From positions 1,760,001 through 1,824,000 of the forward strand of contig OY763927.2 of NCBI GenBank assembly GCA_963667665.2: a stretch of DNA of 64,000 nucleotides, read 5' to 3'. This stretch comes from Nitrosopumilus sp. (GTDB lineage: Archaea; Thermoproteota; Nitrososphaeria; Nitrososphaerales; Nitrosopumilaceae). The notes below the pieces were generated by a model. It made no database searches. It was given only the letters and a program-made list of their open reading frames with translations, and had not been told where the DNA came from. Positions 59,035 through 64,000 of this stretch are shown here, in pieces. Numbering within the stretch: position 1 is the first letter of the stretch; each line of letters begins with the position of its first letter. The position numbers and the translations under genes were made by a program.

Positions 59035-62000
59035 TTGAACCGTCATTTATACCCCCAGATTCGCACCGTACACGTACTGTCAGTCATTGCGGTGTTTGCC
59101 ATATCTGCAGGCATTCTCCTGGCTGCACAGTCAGGCTGTATCGGTGCGACTCTGGCCGGAACAGACGGCAGCTACAACACGCCTGATACAGGGCTGTCTG
59201 AGCACGCCCCTGTGCAGGCAGTAACAGCATGGGAGGAGATGACGAACCTGAGTGTTGCCTGCCAAATTGCAGACACGTTTGCAGATATGTTGTTTACAGG
59301 CGTGCTGGATGCTGCCTATGCGGTGCATGCAGTATTGAGTTTGACTGCCGTTGATAATATCGCAGATACCGTCAGCCTGAAGCTTGATGGTGTGAATGAT
59401 ATCACCACATTCGTGCCGCAGCCCCAGTATGCCTTTGCCCAGACTCCTCCCGCCGACGCGTTTGTGACCACGTGGAAGACGGCATCGGCAGACCAGAGCA
59501 TCACCATCAACTTTGTGGGAGACGACATGAACATCTCATGGGGGGACGGTATGACTGAGACGAACCTCTCGGGACCCCAGACCCACACCTATGAAGATGC
59601 AGGCAACTACACGGTCTCTGTGACCGGCGGCCTGACAGGACTTACATTGGACAGGCCTCCCGACTCCTTTAGCTTACCCGGCCTCGTACCCGAGCTTGCC
59701 TCGATAGACCAGTGGGGCAGCATATCCTGGACCAACATGAGTAACGCCTTTGCCGGAGCCTCCAACATGACCTACATGGCCACTGACACGCCGGACCTGA
59801 GTCTTGTCACCGACATGTCCTCCATGTTCGTTAGTGCCACATCCTTTGACGGCGACCTCTCATCCTGGGACGTCTCGTCTGTCAGGGATATGTACGGCAT
59901 GTTCCACAACGCCGCCTCCTTCAACCAGCCCCTCAACAGCTGGAACGTCTCCTCTGTCACCGACATGTCATCCATGTTCTTCAGCGCCACCTCCTTTGAC
60001 GGCACCCTCTCCGACTGGAATGTCTCCTCTGTCACAAACATGAACGGCATGTTCAACTCCGCCTCCTCCTTCAACCAACCCCTCAACAGCTGGGACGTCT
60101 CTTCTGTCACCGACATGTCCGACATGTTCAACTCCGCCTTCTCCTTCAACGGCGACCTCTCCAGCTGGGACGTCTCTTCTGTCACCGACATGTCCGACAT
60201 GTTCTTCTACACCTCTGACTTTGATGGCGACCTCTCCGGATGGGACGTCTCTTCTGTCACCGACATGGCCGGCATGTTCTTCTACACCTCTGACTTTGAT
60301 GGCGACCTCTCCGGATGGGACGTCTCTTCTGTCACTGACATGTCCGGCATGTTCAACTCTGCCTCCTCCTTCAACGGCGACCTCTCCGGATGGGACGTCT
60401 CCTCGGTCACCGACATGTCCTACATGTTCTTCTACACCTCTGACTTTGATGGCGACCTCTCCGGATGGGACGTCTCCTCTGTCACTGACATGTCCGGCAT
60501 GTTCAACTCCGCCTCCTCCTTCAACCAACCCCTCAACGGCTGGGATGTCTCAAAGGTGACTGACATGTCCGGCATGTTCGCCTTTACCAGTGTCTTCAAC
60601 CAACCCCTCAACAGCTGGAACGTCTCCTCGGTCAGTAACATGAACGGCATGTTCAACTCCGCCTCCTCCTTCAACCAACCCCTCAACAGCTGGAACGTCT
60701 CTTCTGTCACCGACATGAACGGCATGTTCAACTCCGCCTCCTCCTTCAACGGCGACCTCTCCAGCTGGGACGTCTCCTCTGTCACCGACATGGCCAGCAT
60801 GTTCTTCTACACCTCTGACTTTGATGGCGACCTCTCCGGATGGGACGTCTCTTCTGTCACCGACATGTCCGGCATGTTCAACTCCGCCTCCTCCTTCAAC
60901 GGCGACCTCTCCAGATGGGACGTCTCCTCGGTCACCGACATGTCCTACATGTTCTTCTACACCTCTGACTTTGATGGCGACCTCTCCGGATGGGACGTCT
61001 CCTCTGTCACTGACATGTCCGGCATGTTCAACTCCGCCTCCTCCTTCAACCAACCCCTCAACGGCTGGGATGTCTCAAAGGTGACTGACATGTCCGGCAT
61101 GTTCGCCTTTACCAGTGTTTTCAACCAACCCCTCAACAGCTGGAACGTCTCCTCGGTCAGTAACATGAACGGCATGTTCAACTCCGCCTCCTCCTTCAAC
61201 CAACCCCTCAACAGCTGGAACGTCTCTTCTGTCACCGACATGTCCGACATGTTCAACTCCGCCTTCTCCTTCAACGGCGACCTCTCCAGCTGGGACGTCT
61301 CCTCTGTCACCGACATGGCCAGCATGTTCTTCTACACCTCTGACTTTGATGGCGACCTCTCCGGATGGGACGTCTCTTCTGTCACCGACATGTCCGGCAT
61401 GTTCAACTCTGCCTCCTCCTTCAACGGCGACCTCTCCGGATGGGACGTCTCCTCGGTCACCGACATGTCCTACATGTTCTTCTACACCTCTGACTTTGAT
61501 GGCGACCTCTCCGGATGGGACGTCTCCTCTGTCACTGACATGTCCGGCATGTTCAACTCCGCCTCCTCCTTCAACCAACCCCTCAACGGCTGGGATGTCT
61601 CAAAGGTGACTGACATGTCCGGCATGTTCGCCTTTACCAGTGTTTTCAACCAACCCCTCAACAGCTGGAACGTCTCCTCGGTCAGTAACATGAACGGCAT
61701 GTTCAACTCCGCCTCCTCCTTCAACCAACCCCTCAACAGCTGGAACGTCTCTTCTGTCACTGACATGTCCGACATGTTCAACTCCGCCTTCTCCTTCAAC
61801 GGCGACCTCTCCAGCTGGGACGTCTCCTCTGTCACCGACATGGCCAGCATGTTCTTCTACACCTCTGACTTTGATGGCGACCTCTCCGGATGGGACGTCT
61901 CTTCTGTCACTGACATGTCCGGCATGTTCAACTCCGCCTCCTCCTTCAACGGCGACCTCTCCGGATGGGACGTCTCCTCGGTCACCGACATGTCCTACAT

Positions 62001-64000
62001 GTTCTTCTACACCTCTGACTTTGATGGCGACCTCTCCGGATGGGACGTCTCCTCTGTCACTGACATGTCCGGCATGTTCAACTCCGCCTCCTCCTTCAAC
62101 CAACCCCTCAACGGCTGGGATGTCTCAAAGGTGACTGACATGTCCGGCATGTTCGCCTTTACCAGTGTTTTCAACCAACTCCTCAACAGCTGGAACGTCT
62201 CCTCGGTCAGTAACATGAACGGCATGTTCAACTCCGCCTCCTCCTTCAACCAACCCCTCAACAGCTGGAACGTCTCTTCTGTCACTGACATGTCCGACAT
62301 GTTCAACTCCGCCTTCTCCTTCAACGGCGACCTCTCCAGCTGGGACGTCTCCTCTGTCACCGACATGGCCAGCATGTTCTTCTACACCTCTGACTTTGAT
62401 GGCGACCTCTCCGGATGGGACGTCTCTTCTGTCACTGACATGTCCGGCATGTTCAACTCCGCCTCCTCCTTCAACGGCGACCTCTCCGGATGGGACGTCT
62501 CCTCGGTCACCGACATGTCCTACATGTTCTTCTACACCTCTGACTTTGATGGCGACCTCTCCGGATGGGACGTCTCCTCTGTCACTGACATGTCCGGCAT
62601 GTTCAACTCCGCCTCCTCCTTCAACCAACCCCTCAACGGCTGGGATGTCTCAAAGGTGACTGACATGTCCGGCATGTTCGCCTTTACCAGTGTTTTCAAC
62701 CAACTCCTCAACAGCTGGAACGTCTCCTCGGTCAGTAACATGAACGGCATGTTCAACTCCGCCTCCTCCTTCAACCAACCCCTCAACAGCTGGAACGTCT
62801 CTTCTGTCACTGACATGTCCGACATGTTCAACTCCGCCTTCTCCTTCAACGGCGACCTCTCCAGCTGGGACGTCTCCTCTGTCACCGACATGGCCAGCAT
62901 GTTCTTCTACACCTCTGACTTTGATGGCGACCTCTCCGGATGGGACGTCTCCTCTGTCACTGACATGTCCGGCATGTTCAACTCCGCCTCCTCCTTCAAC
63001 CAACCCCTCAACGGCTGGGATGTCTCAAAGGTGACTGACATGTCCGGCATGTTCGCCTTTACCAGTGTCTTCAACCAACTCCTCAACAGCTGGGACGTCT
63101 CTTCTGTCACCGACATGTCCGACATGTTCAACTCCGCCTTCTCCTTCAACGGCGACCTCTCCAGCTGGGACGTCTCCTCTGTCACCGACATGGCCAGCAT
63201 GTTCTTCTACACCTCTGACTTTGATGGCGACCTCTCCGGATGGGACGTCTCTTCTGTCACCGACATGTCCGACATGTTCAACTCCGCCTTCTCCTTCAAC
63301 GGCGACCTCTCCAGCTGGGACGTCTCCTCTGTCACCGACATGGCCAGCATGTTCTTCTACACCTCTGACTTTGATGGCGACCTCTCCGGATGGGACGTCT
63401 CTTCTGTCACCGACATGGCCGGCATGTTCAACTCCGCCTCCTCCTTCAACGGCGACCTCTCCAGCTGGGACGTCTCCTCGGTCACCGACATGTCCTACAT
63501 GTTCTCCTACTCTTCCTTCAACGGCGATCTCTCCGGATGGGACGTCTCTGGCGTAACCTACATGGAACAGATGTTCCAGTCCGCCTCCTTCAACGGCAAC
63601 CTCGGAAATTGGTACATCACGCTTGACAATGCGTCAGTCACAGGAATCCTGCAAGCAGTTGGAAACATCACACCTCAGAATGAGTTCCTTGCAACCCATG
63701 AGCCTACGTACAGTATTGGATCCAGTAGCGACTCGGAACACTTTGGCATAAATGGTGCCGCGTTGGTCCTGATGACCATTCCTGATGCCAATCCTGCCAT
63801 TGTCAACATAACCTCCACCGGAGACTTTGGCACATCCAATTCCCGCATATTTGAGATAACTATCTTGCCAGGCGTTGCAGACACCACCAACCCAAGGCTT
63901 GCATCAATTGAGAGGTCCAGCCCGACATCCCAGAACACGGACAGCCAGTCGCTGATCTACGAGGTAACCTTTAGCGAAAGCGTCACGGGAGTAACCTCAT
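59035..64000 (+). CDS. giant DUF285/BspA-type repeat surface protein (partial, >1650 aa, absent from ORF track)
   Basis: SD GGAGGTGA at 59021-59028, TTG start, signal-like segment, AFVTTW..ISWGDG..THTY PKD-like domain, DQWGSI.W cap, repeats, then cadherin/Ig-like domains (..IYEVTFSESVTGV); no stop seen before the window end. Confidence 0.88.
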   Translation, partial: MNRHLYPQIRTVHVLSVIAVFAISAGILLAAQSGCIGATLAGTDGSYNTPDTGLSEHAPVQAVTAWEEMTNLSVACQIADTFADMLFTGVLDAAYAVHAVLSLTAVDNIADTVSLKLDGVNDITTFVPQPQYAFAQTPPADAFVTTWKTASADQSITINFVGDDMNISWGDGMTETNLSGPQTHTYEDAGNYTVSVTGGLTGLTLDRPPDSFSLPGLVPELASIDQWGSISWTNMSNAFAGASNMTYMATDTPDLSLVTDMSSMFVSATSFDGDLSSWDVSSVRDMYGMFHNAASFNQPLNSWNVSSVTDMSSMFFSATSFDGTLSDWNVSSVTNMNGMFNSASSFNQPLNSWDVSSVTDMSDMFNSAFSFNGDLSSWDVSSVTDMSDMFFYTSDFDGDLSGWDVSSVTDMAGMFFYTSDFDGDLSGWDVSSVTDMSGMFNSASSFNGDLSGWDVSSVTDMSYMFFYTSDFDGDLSGWDVSSVTDMSGMFNSASSFNQPLNGWDVSKVTDMSGMFAFTSVFNQPLNSWNVSSVSNMNGMFNSASSFNQPLNSWNVSSVTDMNGMFNSASSFNGDLSSWDVSSVTDMASMFFYTSDFDGDLSGWDVSSVTDMSGMFNSASSFNGDLSRWDVSSVTDMSYMFFYTSDFDGDLSGWDVSSVTDMSGMFNSASSFNQPLNGWDVSKVTDMSGMFAFTSVFNQPLNSWNVSSVSNMNGMFNSASSFNQPLNSWNVSSVTDMSDMFNSAFSFNGDLSSWDVSSVTDMASMFFYTSDFDGDLSGWDVSSVTDMSGMFNSASSFNGDLSGWDVSSVTDMSYMFFYTSDFDGDLSGWDVSSVTDMSGMFNSASSFNQPLNGWDVSKVTDMSGMFAFTSVFNQPLNSWNVSSVSNMNGMFNSASSFNQPLNSWNVSSVTDMSDMFNSAFSFNGDLSSWDVSSVTDMASMFFYTSDFDGDLSGWDVSSVTDMSGMFNSASSFNGDLSGWDVSSVTDMSYMFFYTSDFDGDLSGWDVSSVTDMSGMFNSASSFNQPLNGWDVSKVTDMSGMFAFTSVFNQLLNSWNVSSVSNMNGMFNSASSFNQPLNSWNVSSVTDMSDMFNSAFSFNGDLSSWDVSSVTDMASMFFYTSDFDGDLSGWDVSSVTDMSGMFNSASSFNGDLSGWDVSSVTDMSYMFFYTSDFDGDLSGWDVSSVTDMSGMFNSASSFNQPLNGWDVSKVTDMSGMFAFTSVFNQLLNSWNVSSVSNMNGMFNSASSFNQPLNSWNVSSVTDMSDMFNSAFSFNGDLSSWDVSSVTDMASMFFYTSDFDGDLSGWDVSSVTDMSGMFNSASSFNQPLNGWDVSKVTDMSGMFAFTSVFNQLLNSWDVSSVTDMSDMFNSAFSFNGDLSSWDVSSVTDMASMFFYTSDFDGDLSGWDVSSVTDMSDMFNSAFSFNGDLSSWDVSSVTDMASMFFYTSDFDGDLSGWDVSSVTDMAGMFNSASSFNGDLSSWDVSSVTDMSYMFSYSSFNGDLSGWDVSGVTYMEQMFQSASFNGNLGNWYITLDNASVTGILQAVGNITPQNEFLATHEPTYSIGSSSDSEHFGINGAALVLMTIPDANPAIVNITSTGDFGTSNSRIFEITILPGVADTTNPRLASIERSSPTSQNTDSQSLIYEVTFSESVTGVTS
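59806..63612 (+). repeat. ~51 coding tandem repeats of 75 bp (VTDMSGMFxxxxxFNxxLxxWDVSS) with a 525-bp higher-order period
   Basis: Marker GCCTTTACCAGTGT at 60580, 61105, 61630, 62155, 62680, 63055. Confidence 0.95.

Noticed and set aside
59806-63612. Possible CRISPR array or DGR template/variable repeats
   Set aside because: Units are in-frame 75-bp coding repeats without unique spacers. No cas or reverse transcriptase gene is present, and variation is not adenine-specific.
59131-63938. Many short ORFs on both strands in the ORF track (MLAMSVTEETSQ.., MVEGGGGVEH.., MMATSPDG..)
   Set aside because: They are shadows of the single long plus-strand frame starting at 59035; their periodicity only mirrors the coding repeat.

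Overview
Chromosomal window of an AT-rich ammonia-oxidising archaeon (Nitrosopumilus-like, Nitrososphaerota/Thaumarchaeota), identified from the amoB/amoC/amoX/amoA cluster, TBP, archaeal ribosomal proteins and tRNAs with BHB introns. Bases 1 to ~54.8 kb are core genome: the ammonia monooxygenase cluster with probable amoZ/amoY and a Dam-type methylase, aminoacyl-tRNA synthetases (serS, trpS, pheS/pheT, valS), rps3ae/rps15/rps11, aconitase, pdxS/pdxT, purB, thiL, rtcB, coaD, six tRNAs (two with two introns each), probable C/D and H/ACA guide RNAs, several unannotated micro-ORFs and an AIPR gene. From ~54.83 kb the sequence is visibly GC-richer and accessory. It contains an IS6-like terminus, a methyltransferase-nuclease fusion gene inactivated three ways (including an IS5 insertion with a 3-bp TSD), a tiny zinc-ribbon gene, a SWIM-finger transposase-like gene cut by an IS481, and a giant DUF285/BspA-type surface protein with ~51 hierarchically arranged 25-aa repeats. 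That last gene is missing from the ORF track because it runs off the window. The most notable undescribed-looking signals are a promoter/terminator-bounded hairpin RNA with an anti-Shine-Dalgarno loop beside AIPR, shared GATC-containing motifs and palindromic operators in the amo promoters, the combinatorial repeat array, and the SWIM/IS6-like cargo element. All calls were made by eye, without database searches.
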